DNA of 64,000 nucleotides from Armatimonadota bacterium (GTDB lineage Bacteria; Armatimonadota; HRBIN16): NCBI GenBank assembly GCA_963677485.1, contig OY781964.1, positions 2,496,001 to 2,560,000 of the forward strand, read 5' to 3'. Shown piece by piece: positions 9,951 to 18,843 of this stretch (position 1 is its first letter; each line of letters starts with the position of its first letter). The notes under the pieces were generated by a model. It saw only the letters and a program-made list of their open reading frames with translations, ran no database searches and was not told where the DNA came from. The position numbers and the translations under genes were made by a program.

Positions 9951-10739
9951 ATGTTCGATCTTAGCCACTACCTGAACCCCGAGCGTATCGCATCGGTCAT
10001 CGATGCGGCGATAGCGTTGATTCGGGTGCTGTTGATTTATGCTGTGGTGCGCTGGATACTACTGCGGTTCATCCGGGCGTTTTCTATCAAGATTGCGGAT
10101 GCGGCATTACTGGAAGAACGGCGTGGGCGGGTGAAGACTCTGGGCCGTTTGATTGAGAATGTCACCAACTACCTGATCATCACCTTGATGGTCTTGACCG
10201 CCCTGAAGAGCATCGGGGTAGACATCGCCCCTCTGCTGGCTACCGCTGGAGTGGCTGGTCTAGCCATTGGTTTCGGCGCGCAGAAGCTGGTGAAGGACAT
10301 TATTGGCGGATTTTTCCTTCTGGCGGAAGAGCAATACAACGTGGGTGAGGTGGTGACCATTGGGGCACAGGTGGGAACCGTGAGTCAGCTTGGGATGCGT
10401 GTGACCAAACTGAAAGACTTTGACGGCAAGACGATCTTCATTCCAAACGGTGATGTGGGCGTGGTTGTCAACCACTCACGGCTTGATGGTTCCCGCTGCC
10501 GGGTGAGTGTGAAGTGCAAGCCCGCAGTCGACCCCAAAGCGATTATCGAGTTGATGATTCAACAGGCCACGGCGATGGGCTTTGGGCGTGTAAGCTGCGG
10601 GGTCAGTGCGTTTGATGCCACCGGCATCACCATTGAGGTGACTGGCATGGTTCTGGCAGGCACTGTGGAGCTGCGCGAACGCGAGCTGCGTGCCAAGCTG
10701 TGGCAGAGCCTGGTCGCCATGCCCGACGTGCTGGCGTAG
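9951..10739 (+). CDS. Small-conductance mechanosensitive channel (MscS family)
   Basis: AGVAGLAIGFGAQKLVKD, GTVSQLGMRVT, IPNG motifs. Confidence 0.92.
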   Translation: MFDLSHYLNPERIASVIDAAIALIRVLLIYAVVRWILLRFIRAFSIKIADAALLEERRGRVKTLGRLIENVTNYLIITLMVLTALKSIGVDIAPLLATAGVAGLAIGFGAQKLVKDIIGGFFLLAEEQYNVGEVVTIGAQVGTVSQLGMRVTKLKDFDGKTIFIPNGDVGVVVNHSRLDGSRCRVSVKCKPAVDPKAIIELMIQQATAMGFGRVSCGVSAFDATGITIEVTGMVLAGTVELRERELRAKLWQSLVAMPDVLA

Positions 10740-10759
10740 CGGTTGGCCCAGATGTGATT

Positions 10760-10921
10760 TAACGCAAAGGCGCAAAGGTGCAGGGACGCAAAGTGATGAC
10801 CTTTTGTCTGAACCACGGATTACGCGGATGACACGGATTTCACGGATGGGGAGATGGCTTAAGACCGCGCCTGCTATATACCTTCCTCCTTTGCGCCTTG
10901 CTTCCTTGCGTCATTGCGTTG
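10760..10921. repeat. Composite periodic repeat (AACGCAAAG...TTGCGTT inverted pair enclosing a CCACGGAT module)
   Basis: AACGCAAAGGCGCAAAG at left, TTTGCGCCTTGC..TTGCGTT at right, TGTCTGAACCACGGATTACGCGGAT inside. Confidence 0.8.
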
Positions 10922-10955
10922 CTAACCGCTAAGAATCTTTCAACAATGAGGTGAG

Positions 10956-11288
10956 ATGATGCCGGATTACATTCCATACATGATTGCACTGTTCATCTGC
11001 TGTGCTCAGGCAGGGTTTCAAACTAACCATGTGTTCCCACTTAGTCGCGCTATGATGGGGATCAAAGAGACCAAGTACCGCAGCAAGTATACGGTGCATC
11101 AACGGCTCACCATATCGTCGGCTTATCAAGTGATCCGGGCAGGTTGCTTGATACTGGCAATGGGGTGCATCAACACCTGGGCAGTGGGCATTCCTATCAT
11201 GGTGGTCGGGCTCATACTAATCGTGTTGGGCTGCCGGATGCAATCTATACTAAAGAAGCGGTTTGGAAGGGTAGACCACGATGCTTGA
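10956..11288 (+). CDS. Small membrane protein of unknown function
   Basis: GAGGT RBS; several hydrophobic segments and a basic C-terminus. Confidence 0.65.
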   Translation: MMPDYIPYMIALFICCAQAGFQTNHVFPLSRAMMGIKETKYRSKYTVHQRLTISSAYQVIRAGCLILAMGCINTWAVGIPIMVVGLILIVLGCRMQSILKKRFGRVDHDA

Positions 11289-11511
11289 CAGTGCAAACCA
11301 TAATATTGCCGTCGCCTCTCTTATTGCGGTGGCTGTCTACCTCATATATCTGGTGCGTTCTGGGATGTGGCGTGATATCATTGCGCCGCAGAACATGGAA
11401 CGCAGCCACAGGTCTCTGGCATCCACCATCGTCGCCACCGCGGTCTTTGGTATCGCCGCTGTGGTCATCATGTATTTTGGTGCCAATAGTATCTTACCAA
11501 CCATATTTTGA
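11281..11511 (+). pseudogene. Small two-TM membrane protein gene, probably interrupted at codon 70; putative 3' part at 13464-13592
   Basis: Joining 11490 to 13464 gives an open frame ...MYFGANSVQAARKRARRIS...PVRG* (112 aa). Confidence 0.55.
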
Positions 11512-13463
11512 ACACGGTGTATAGAATATTCTGATATTACGCACCACACAAAGCGTTAGGCACAACGATCTGGCGAATAGCAAGTGCTGCCATGATGATA
11601 CGCTTGCCAAGTGCAGTGAGGTAGTATTTGTAGCGTTTACCGCATTTTTTAACGAGCCGGAATACTCGGCATCGCTTGATGAAGTATGATATCTGAGAGC
11701 TGGACATCTGCGGTAAGGCTTTTTGAAGCATACGGTTTGTGATCCCGCTGATGCATCCCTCTCCGCGAGCAAGTGCAATGAGACATTCCAAATCCTTCTT
11801 GAGGAAAAGGTTGAATCCTCGATACGAGCGATGATCACGGGTGGTCGAGGTCGCGATTTTGATGATCTGATGTTCACCATCGCTGTTGTCATCAAGGGCG
11901 GAAAGAAAGTCAAGATATCTGTTGTTTGCAGATAATAACAGTTCCCTCAATGGAGGAAGGCTGTAGATGGTCTTTTGCATAGGGGCGTATTTAATCTCAG
12001 TCGTCCCATCATGATGTTCTACCTCACGGTAGTGTTTAAATTCAGAGACGTCATTCACAGTCGTCTCGATACGCAAGATTATCCCTTGCTTGTCATACAT
12101 TTTGATAGAAGCCCATCCCATGTAGTGTTTGATGCGCGTGCCTTGTATGCGGCGATCGAACTTGTAGTCAGTGCCGATCTCAGCGAGTGTTCGCCCATCA
12201 AGTTTCTTACCAAGAAACATCGCGATAGACTCTGGCGTTACCGTATGTATCGCTGTTTTGACTAGATTATCGTAGATGGCTTTGAGGTCTTCGGCGCGTT
12301 TGAACACGATGTCTGTAGCATATTCCACCTGCATTAGCGACCAATGATATGAATTGTCAGCAAGCCGTATCACGGGGCAATACATTCTGGCAAATGCATC
12401 CAGCGCATGGTGCAGCTTATCAGCAGGAAAAGCGTCTGCCAGCCTCTGAGCACAGCTAAAGTCGTCGATTTTTACAAAGGCGTTGTCCAGTGGAGTGAAA
12501 ACTACTCCCTCGGATTGAAGGCAATGCGCGAGATAATTGTGTCCATTACAATAGAATTGCAGACGGAAGGGCACCCAGGTCGGAACTCGTAGATAGCACA
12601 GTCCAAACTCTGCATCGATGAAATAGAAGTAGTAATGAAGACACTTGGTCTCCTTGATATTCAGCCGGGTTTTGTGGGTAATCTTGTCGTGCCACGGGGT
12701 GTATGCAGGACATTTTTCCAACACTGAGAATATGTGGACGAGACCGGGGTGACACCCTCGACTACTAATGATCTCTTTGATGCGGTCTTCTTTTCGAAAT
12801 GAAGAGGCACGGCGTATATACTCAATTTCAATGCTGTTGGTAACGGCAAGGCGTTCCGCATTGGCTTTGATCTCATCTCGTAGAGGTTCGGCAAATTCCT
12901 TAGGAAAGTCAAATAGCCTGATGTTGCGTTGATGAAGATAGATGCCCATTCCGTCGCTATGACACCAGCCTGGGATTGTACCGGTGATAACTATGCGGTC
13001 GAAGCATGAATATACCCCAGCTATCTGCTTTGCATAGCGTTCTTGAAGTGATGTCATTCTGGGCAACCTCACGAAAGGGTGTTTGAATGTATATTACGTG
13101 GCGAATGCAATCATTCCTTTTTTGGTTGCGGCTAAGCCGCCTTAGGGTATTCAGTGGTTTGGTTGTCGCCTTGGCGTTGGTCTGGCTGGTTGTGGAGGTG
13201 TCGCCTGGCACATTGCTGAACCCCGCGAAGAAGCTGGATGAAGCAGAGCATCCGACTGGCGACGATGCATCGCCGAACGCCGATTAGATGGCAGGATACG
13301 CAAGCAACGGAAGTGAACAGTAGAAGGTAATCGTGACAGAACCACGGGTTGCGCTGACGTTGACCCGTCGCAGCGAGGCTGGTGGTTTGTATCTGAGGTG
13401 ATCAGCCACGTTGCCGCGGGTTTTGTCACCCCGTAAACGGGGTTCCCTCACCGCGCGTCTAGT
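11487..13463 (-). mobile_element. Putative TIR-less insertion element bounded by TAGT direct repeats
   Basis: TAGT at 11487-11490 and 13460-13463; visibly lower GC than flanks; single large ORF; removal restores a host reading frame. Confidence 0.6.
11537..13057 (-). CDS. Putative transposase with Rep_trans/rolling-circle initiator-like motifs and a C-terminal winged helix
   Basis: QVEYATD, IKMYDK, LRIETT motifs; C-terminal wHTH (GITNRML..QISYFIKR..YKYYLT); ATG at 13057 with GAGGT RBS. Confidence 0.65.
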   Translation of the reverse strand: MTSLQERYAKQIAGVYSCFDRIVITGTIPGWCHSDGMGIYLHQRNIRLFDFPKEFAEPLRDEIKANAERLAVTNSIEIEYIRRASSFRKEDRIKEIISSRGCHPGLVHIFSVLEKCPAYTPWHDKITHKTRLNIKETKCLHYYFYFIDAEFGLCYLRVPTWVPFRLQFYCNGHNYLAHCLQSEGVVFTPLDNAFVKIDDFSCAQRLADAFPADKLHHALDAFARMYCPVIRLADNSYHWSLMQVEYATDIVFKRAEDLKAIYDNLVKTAIHTVTPESIAMFLGKKLDGRTLAEIGTDYKFDRRIQGTRIKHYMGWASIKMYDKQGIILRIETTVNDVSEFKHYREVEHHDGTTEIKYAPMQKTIYSLPPLRELLLSANNRYLDFLSALDDNSDGEHQIIKIATSTTRDHRSYRGFNLFLKKDLECLIALARGEGCISGITNRMLQKALPQMSSSQISYFIKRCRVFRLVKKCGKRYKYYLTALGKRIIMAALAIRQIVVPNALCGA

Positions 13464-13573
13464 GTGCAAGCTGCCCGCAAGCGGGCGCGGCGGATCAGCG
13501 ATGCGGTCGACATTTCAGATCTGCAAATGACGCAGATGGGCCTGACTGCCATGAAACCGAATGGTCATCAGAC

Positions 13574-13741
13574 GACCCCCGTCCGGGGGTAGGGTTTCGC
13601 GGCCATTTCCAGGGGTATCGCTTCGCTCACCCCTGGCTGTAAGGAATCTTACCCACTCCGTGGGTGCTCGGAGGCTGCGTGGCGGCCTCAGACTGCTTCA
13701 GCAGGCTTGATTGTCAGTAGCCGAGACATTTATGTCGCGGC
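13574..13741. repeat. Cluster of REP-like palindromes
   Basis: ACCCCCGTCCGGGGGT, CCAGGGGT..ACCCCTGG, ACCCACTCCGTGGGT; 13690-13741 is an inverted copy of the 28320 repeat. Confidence 0.75.
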
Positions 13742-13779
13742 GGGAGGGCCGCTGGTGTAGGCGCTCCGCCAGACTACCG

Positions 13780-13981
13780 GGACCGCACCGGTCCTCACCT
13801 AATCTACGCCATCTGTGTAATCTGTGGATATTACCACCCCTTCGTGCCAATCGCTCGTTGCATGGGAACCAAACCGGCGCGGTCTTGGACCGTCTGCCAC
13901 CGCTAGCGATCCGCCAGACCGCCCCGGACATAGGCAGCATATCCTCACCTAATCTGTGCCATCTGTGTAATCTGTGGATAA
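13780..13981. repeat. Composite repeat (AATCTGTGGAT modules flanking an ACCGGCGCGGTCTT/CCGCCAGACCGCCCCGGACATAG module)
   Basis: Direct repeat TCCTCACCTAATCT..CCATCTGTGTAATCTGTGGATA; the internal module recurs at ~39080, ~58185 and ~58395. Confidence 0.85.
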
Positions 13982-14000
13982 AAGCTCCCAAATCCCTGAC

Positions 14001-17000
14001 TCATTTCGCGGGCCAGGCGATGATATCGCCGCCCCAGACGGAGCAGCTCCACCAGCCGTTGGTCACGGCACCCGGCTTCACCGGGGCCTTGGCCTTCACA
14101 CCCTCAATGGCCACCGGAACAGGCCAGTCGGTGGCCCTTAATTGCAGTTGCACTGCGCGGTCGGTGGGCAGCACACGCAGAACCCAGCGGTCACCTTCAC
14201 GGCGGAGCAGCACGCTGCCGTCGGTCTTGATATCGCCGAAGTCCATCATCCTACCGGTGGCGTTGACCGCGGAGCTGACGGGGTGTGGTTCCTCAACGAA
14301 ATCGGTCTTGACCATCTTCAACGTCTTGCCCCCGTCGCGCAACTGCACCGTGCCAATGATGCATCGGCCAGTTTCGTCGCGTTTACCGACTAATGTCAGT
14401 CGACCTGCGCTGGAATACATGCCCACACAGATCTGATAATCGCCGTCGGCCATACCCTCGGGGATGCTGACCTCCAAATCAGGCGAGTTCACGATGCTGC
14501 CTACCTTCCACTTACGAGTAGCCAGCTCCGGCGTGTAGTCGCTTTGGAAGGCGATGTTCTCGATGTTTTTCGCCTGGGGATTGGTGTAATGCACTAGCAC
14601 GTTGCAGTCGGTGGGGATACGGCCTTGCACCTTCCATTGGAACTGGATTTTGAACTTACCTGCGCCGGTCTGCTGGAATGAAGCCACCGATGGCTGCACA
14701 TTCGCCGTGCTGCTTAACTTCCAATCCTCAGGATGCCGGGCGTTCACGAATCGTGAGTTCGGGATTTTGACATCATCATACCGGCCGTCCTGCCCTGTCA
14801 TCAAGCCGGAGATCGCGCGGATATTCTGACCGATCACACACCAGCCGTATTGCGGGATGGTGTCGGTGCCCCAGCGAATTGGCTTCTCAGAGCGGTTCGC
14901 CACCACGGTCACCCCGTTCTTGTAGTTTACCTTCACCGTATCCCATTGCTCGCGCTTGGCGGCGGTGTCAGAATCGACCCATGTTTTGCCATCGACAAGA
15001 TAGCTGATGTCGGTCGGCAGTTGACCGGCGATGGCCTCCGAGATGGGCGTCATGGTGTGGTATTCCAGCCAGGCGAAGGGCAGCTGACCGCATACCATCG
15101 AGTCCAGAAATCCGCAGTGACCGAACGCGACTTCCTGCATGCGGTAGCGGTCGAGGGTCTCCATGCTGGCGGTCGCTTTCGGGTCTATGGTATCCCACCA
15201 GCGGGAATAGTAGCCCATGCCGTGGTTGCTTTGCAAAGGATGGATGCGCAACAGGTCGAAATCCACCAGCAAGGGCACATTCCAGCCTGTTGCCACTTGC
15301 GCTTCAGCACCGTCCAGCAGCCCGCTCCAATACCAGTGGTTACTGCCCTCGCCGAACACCGGGCCCTTGTGGGTATCGCGTTCATACTGCCACAGAGCGG
15401 TACTCTGCAGGCCCATATGGCGCAGCATACCCGCCATAGGCACTCCCGCCTGCATATCGGCGCGCCAACTGGGTGGTACCGAGCTGTTCACGTCCAGGAA
15501 CATTCCGTTGGTGCCGTAGCGCTCGTGAATGATCGGCGACTGCGTCTGCGCCAGAGGCACCATCTGGTCGGGTTTGATGGCGAATGACTGTATCTTGGTG
15601 CCCTCGTTATACCAGGCGTTTTGCTTAGTGCCGTCGCTGTTCAACATGATGTGCTTGAGATCAAACCCCGGGTAGTTCGGGTAGTAGTCTACATAATTTT
15701 CGTGCAGCATCATACGGGCACCGGCCGCCACGCCTTGCTTCACCGTGTTCACCAGCTCTTCGTCGGTGCCCATCCCCGGGTTCGCGGGGTAGTGCAGCGG
15801 AAGGCCGTTATCGTAGCCCATGTTCTGCCAGGCGTGGACAATCGCTGCCGTCTGGTTGATGCCGTATTCGCGCTGCTCCGCCATCAGCTCTCCAATTTGC
15901 GCATACCGGGTGCCCCACAGGTCCAGCACCATTCGCTTGCTGATGTCCTTGATGTTGGGCGATGGCGGGTTAGGTGTGCTGGGCAGCACCGCCTGCAGAT
16001 GCGGTGACACGGTGATGATCGCCGTCTCACGCAGCAGATTGCGGCTGCCGTCGGTCAGTGCTCCATATGTGGCGATATTCCCTGGTAAGCTGGTGGCGTT
16101 AGTGGCCGTCCAGTCGAAATAGCTGCTGCAGAACAGATCCTGTGCACGCAGGTAGAATACGGAATGGTCGAGGTAAGGCACCGCAATCCAGCGCCGATAC
16201 ATCACCGGCATCACCCCGCCGCCATCGAGCGCACGCACCACCGGCTTGTCGCAGCTCCAACTGACGCACAGGCTGTGCTGCTTCACAGACATGCTGGTGG
16301 TGACTGTGGCTTTGACACCGCCAGCATCGAACACGCGAATCCAGTCTGCCCGGTCACCATGGCTCTCGAATACCGACTCGATGAGTTTCACCTCGCGTGT
16401 AAACATCAGCCGTGAGTTGGAGAGCAGAGGGATGGTCCCAGCCTGACTGCCTTTTTCTTGCGCGGTGAGTAGCCCTGCCGCGGAGTCATCCTCAGCTCCC
16501 AGCGGGTTCCATGTGAAAACCAGTTGGGTAGCTGCATGAGGCAAGGTGAATACCGCGCCATTCGCACTCAATTTTGGGCTGGCGGTGCCATCGCCGGTGC
16601 CCGATGGCGGCAGCACATTGTTGGCTCGGGCGGTCGCGTAGACCACCGTGCTGTTTCTTTTTCGAGCAGGTACCGCACGCAAACTAGCCAGATTGCTGGC
16701 CTCAATCCGACGGCTGCCCCACATTGCGCTGTCAAATGAGGTGTCATTTTTCGGTCCTGGGCCGTTGATGAACTTCAGACTGATGGTCTGGCCTTTGCAG
16801 GCGCTGAGGTCGATATCAAAATCCTTCCATTCATTCGTCTTGGCCAGATAGCTCCAGATGCTTTTCCCGTTCAGCTCAATGCTGAACTGCACTCCATCGC
16901 TTTTGCCGACCACGTCCTTGCCTAAGGCCACCGAGCCCATCAGCCGCATTTTGCCAGTCGCGGGCATCTTGATATCAAAGTTCTGCCACTCGATGCCTGC

Positions 17001-17258
17001 GCCGGATGTCCAGGGCTCATGCAGGTTGGTGACAGATCTTCCGAGAACCCGCATTGGTGTCAGGCACATCCCGGTACTCGGTTCATAGGGGCCTACCCAG
17101 CCCATCGTCAGCGTGGCTTCACGCCCGCTGAGCAGGCGATAACCTGTCGTATAAACGCCCACATCCTCAAGGTCGGTGATCTTGTCGATCAACTGTAGTG
17201 GTGCTGCGGAGAGAGCGGCGGAAAGTGCCGCGATAGCTGCGATGAGTGAGTAACGCAT
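14001..17258 (-). CDS. Large secreted putative glycoside hydrolase (DUF5696-like TIM barrel with beta-sandwich modules)
   Basis: Signal peptide; NPCBM-like SDGVQFSI region; HAWQNMGYDNGLP..P and FLDV motifs. Confidence 0.65.
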   Translation of the reverse strand: MRYSLIAAIAALSAALSAAPLQLIDKITDLEDVGVYTTGYRLLSGREATLTMGWVGPYEPSTGMCLTPMRVLGRSVTNLHEPWTSGAGIEWQNFDIKMPATGKMRLMGSVALGKDVVGKSDGVQFSIELNGKSIWSYLAKTNEWKDFDIDLSACKGQTISLKFINGPGPKNDTSFDSAMWGSRRIEASNLASLRAVPARKRNSTVVYATARANNVLPPSGTGDGTASPKLSANGAVFTLPHAATQLVFTWNPLGAEDDSAAGLLTAQEKGSQAGTIPLLSNSRLMFTREVKLIESVFESHGDRADWIRVFDAGGVKATVTTSMSVKQHSLCVSWSCDKPVVRALDGGGVMPVMYRRWIAVPYLDHSVFYLRAQDLFCSSYFDWTATNATSLPGNIATYGALTDGSRNLLRETAIITVSPHLQAVLPSTPNPPSPNIKDISKRMVLDLWGTRYAQIGELMAEQREYGINQTAAIVHAWQNMGYDNGLPLHYPANPGMGTDEELVNTVKQGVAAGARMMLHENYVDYYPNYPGFDLKHIMLNSDGTKQNAWYNEGTKIQSFAIKPDQMVPLAQTQSPIIHERYGTNGMFLDVNSSVPPSWRADMQAGVPMAGMLRHMGLQSTALWQYERDTHKGPVFGEGSNHWYWSGLLDGAEAQVATGWNVPLLVDFDLLRIHPLQSNHGMGYYSRWWDTIDPKATASMETLDRYRMQEVAFGHCGFLDSMVCGQLPFAWLEYHTMTPISEAIAGQLPTDISYLVDGKTWVDSDTAAKREQWDTVKVNYKNGVTVVANRSEKPIRWGTDTIPQYGWCVIGQNIRAISGLMTGQDGRYDDVKIPNSRFVNARHPEDWKLSSTANVQPSVASFQQTGAGKFKIQFQWKVQGRIPTDCNVLVHYTNPQAKNIENIAFQSDYTPELATRKWKVGSIVNSPDLEVSIPEGMADGDYQICVGMYSSAGRLTLVGKRDETGRCIIGTVQLRDGGKTLKMVKTDFVEEPHPVSSAVNATGRMMDFGDIKTDGSVLLRREGDRWVLRVLPTDRAVQLQLRATDWPVPVAIEGVKAKAPVKPGAVTNGWWSCSVWGGDIIAWPAK

Positions 17259-17344
17259 ACTGCCCCCTTGGTTCGTGTGGTGTCTGCTGTAAGTTTATCG
17301 GTTCACAAGGCGTATTCCTGCAAATGGATTTATTAGCGGGTTTA

Positions 17345-17515
17345 TCTCACGCGAAGACGCGAAGGCGCGAAGGGGGAAGATTCATCCACAGATTACGCAG
17401 ATGACACAGATTGTCTCGTGAATTGGGTAATGACCGGCGCGGTTTATCGTCCGTAAGTGCGAATGGCCGTTCACCCCTGCATCCGTCCTACTCGTCTTAC
17501 TCATCCTACCCGTCC
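17345..17515. repeat. Composite repeat left arm plus a 9-bp GTCCTACTC-type tandem
   Basis: TCTCACGCGAAGACGCGAAGGCGCGAAG-CATCCACAGATTACGCAGAT matches the 1342 arm; degenerate tandem at ~17485-17515. Confidence 0.8.
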
Positions 17516-17647
17516 CGTGCTAACCACCAATACCCACAACCTGCACCGGTATGGGCGTGGCGGTTACAGCGGGGTAAAATGCATTGTAGCCATGTGATGC
17601 CTAGAACCGAACCCAGGGATAACCTCCAGAGAGTGTGATGATCCATC

Positions 17648-18841
17648 GTGAGATTATTGTTAGCCGCCGACCTGCATCTTGGTAAACCCTTCTCCAACGG
17701 CAAGAGTGGGAGTGTGACGCAGAAAAGCCTGCGCGACGCCACTCACATGGCCTTCACGAAGCTGGTCAACACCGCGATTGAAAAGCGCGTGGATGCGCTT
17801 CTGCTGGCGGGGGATATCCTCGATATCGACTTCGCGGTGCTTCGGGCGCGCCTGTTCTTCATCGGCGAGGTGAAGCGGTTGGCTGAGGCCGGGGTTCCGG
17901 TGTTCATCGTACATGGCAACCACGACCCCATGAACGGCACCAGTTGGAGCGGGCTGCCTGAGAACTGCCTTGTGTTCGGCAGCACCCCGGAGGAGAGATG
18001 CATCACCACCGCATCCGGCGAGGTGTTGAGTGTGGTGGGCTGCAGCCATCAAACCAAAAGCATTACTCAAAACCTGGCTAGTCAGTTCCCCCAGGCGCCC
18101 GATACCGATGTGAAGGTGGCCCTTCTGCACGCAAATCTGGGCGGAGTGGGAGGGCACGAGAACTACGCTCCCTGCCAGCTCAACGATCTGCAGGGCAAGG
18201 GTTACGATTTATGGCTGCTGGGGCATGTGCACACCCGTATGACGGCCCAGAAGGCTTCGCCCGCGGTTCTGTACCCGGGTTCGCTGCAGGGGCTCAGCAT
18301 CCGCGAGACCGGCGCGCATGGCGCGGTGATGGCGGAGATCAGCCATGGTCAGGTGCACACCGAGTTCCTGCCGATGGATGTGCTCCGATGGCACTCAGTT
18401 GAGCTCGACTTGACGGGGTGCGACGAGTTGCCGCATTTCTACAACAAGCTGCAGTCGGCGATGGATGCGCTGGCTTCATCGGATTTCACCTCCGTGGTGC
18501 GCCTGACGTTGAGTGGTCGAACCGTGCTTCATGATGAACTGAGAAAGTCCGAGGATGTGGCTCTGGATTTTGCCCAGGACGGAGTGGTGTTCGAGAGCGT
18601 GCGTGACAACACCCTGCCCGCCATCAACCCGGACGAGTATGAGGGCAAGGAGAGCGTGATGGGTGAAGTGGTGAAACGCAGCCGCGAGTGGGTGAATGAC
18701 GCGGAGCAGATCCAGCACCTCACCTCCCAGGCGCAGGAAATGGCGAAAAAGTATGGCTGTGAGATCACCGAAGATGACATCCGTCAAGCTGTGGCGGAGG
18801 CTGGCATCGATGCACTCGGCAGCTTAAGCGGTGAGGTTTAA
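17648..18841 (+). CDS. Mre11/SbcD-like DNA repair exonuclease (YhaO type)
   Basis: ADLHLG, AGD, GNHD, LGHVH, YPGSLQG metallophosphoesterase motifs. Confidence 0.92.
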   Translation: MRLLLAADLHLGKPFSNGKSGSVTQKSLRDATHMAFTKLVNTAIEKRVDALLLAGDILDIDFAVLRARLFFIGEVKRLAEAGVPVFIVHGNHDPMNGTSWSGLPENCLVFGSTPEERCITTASGEVLSVVGCSHQTKSITQNLASQFPQAPDTDVKVALLHANLGGVGGHENYAPCQLNDLQGKGYDLWLLGHVHTRMTAQKASPAVLYPGSLQGLSIRETGAHGAVMAEISHGQVHTEFLPMDVLRWHSVELDLTGCDELPHFYNKLQSAMDALASSDFTSVVRLTLSGRTVLHDELRKSEDVALDFAQDGVVFESVRDNTLPAINPDEYEGKESVMGEVVKRSREWVNDAEQIQHLTSQAQEMAKKYGCEITEDDIRQAVAEAGIDALGSLSGEV

Positions 18842-18843
18842 CT

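Noticed and set aside
11537-13072. MarR-type regulator or DDE/HUH transposase call
   Set aside because: The wHTH covers only the C-terminal part; I could not recognise a DDE triad, HUH motif or TIRs.
10956-13287. Filamentous prophage (Rep plus small TM proteins)
   Set aside because: No Zot/pI ATPase, ssDNA-binding or adsorption gene; the small genes face the opposite way and one appears interrupted by the element.
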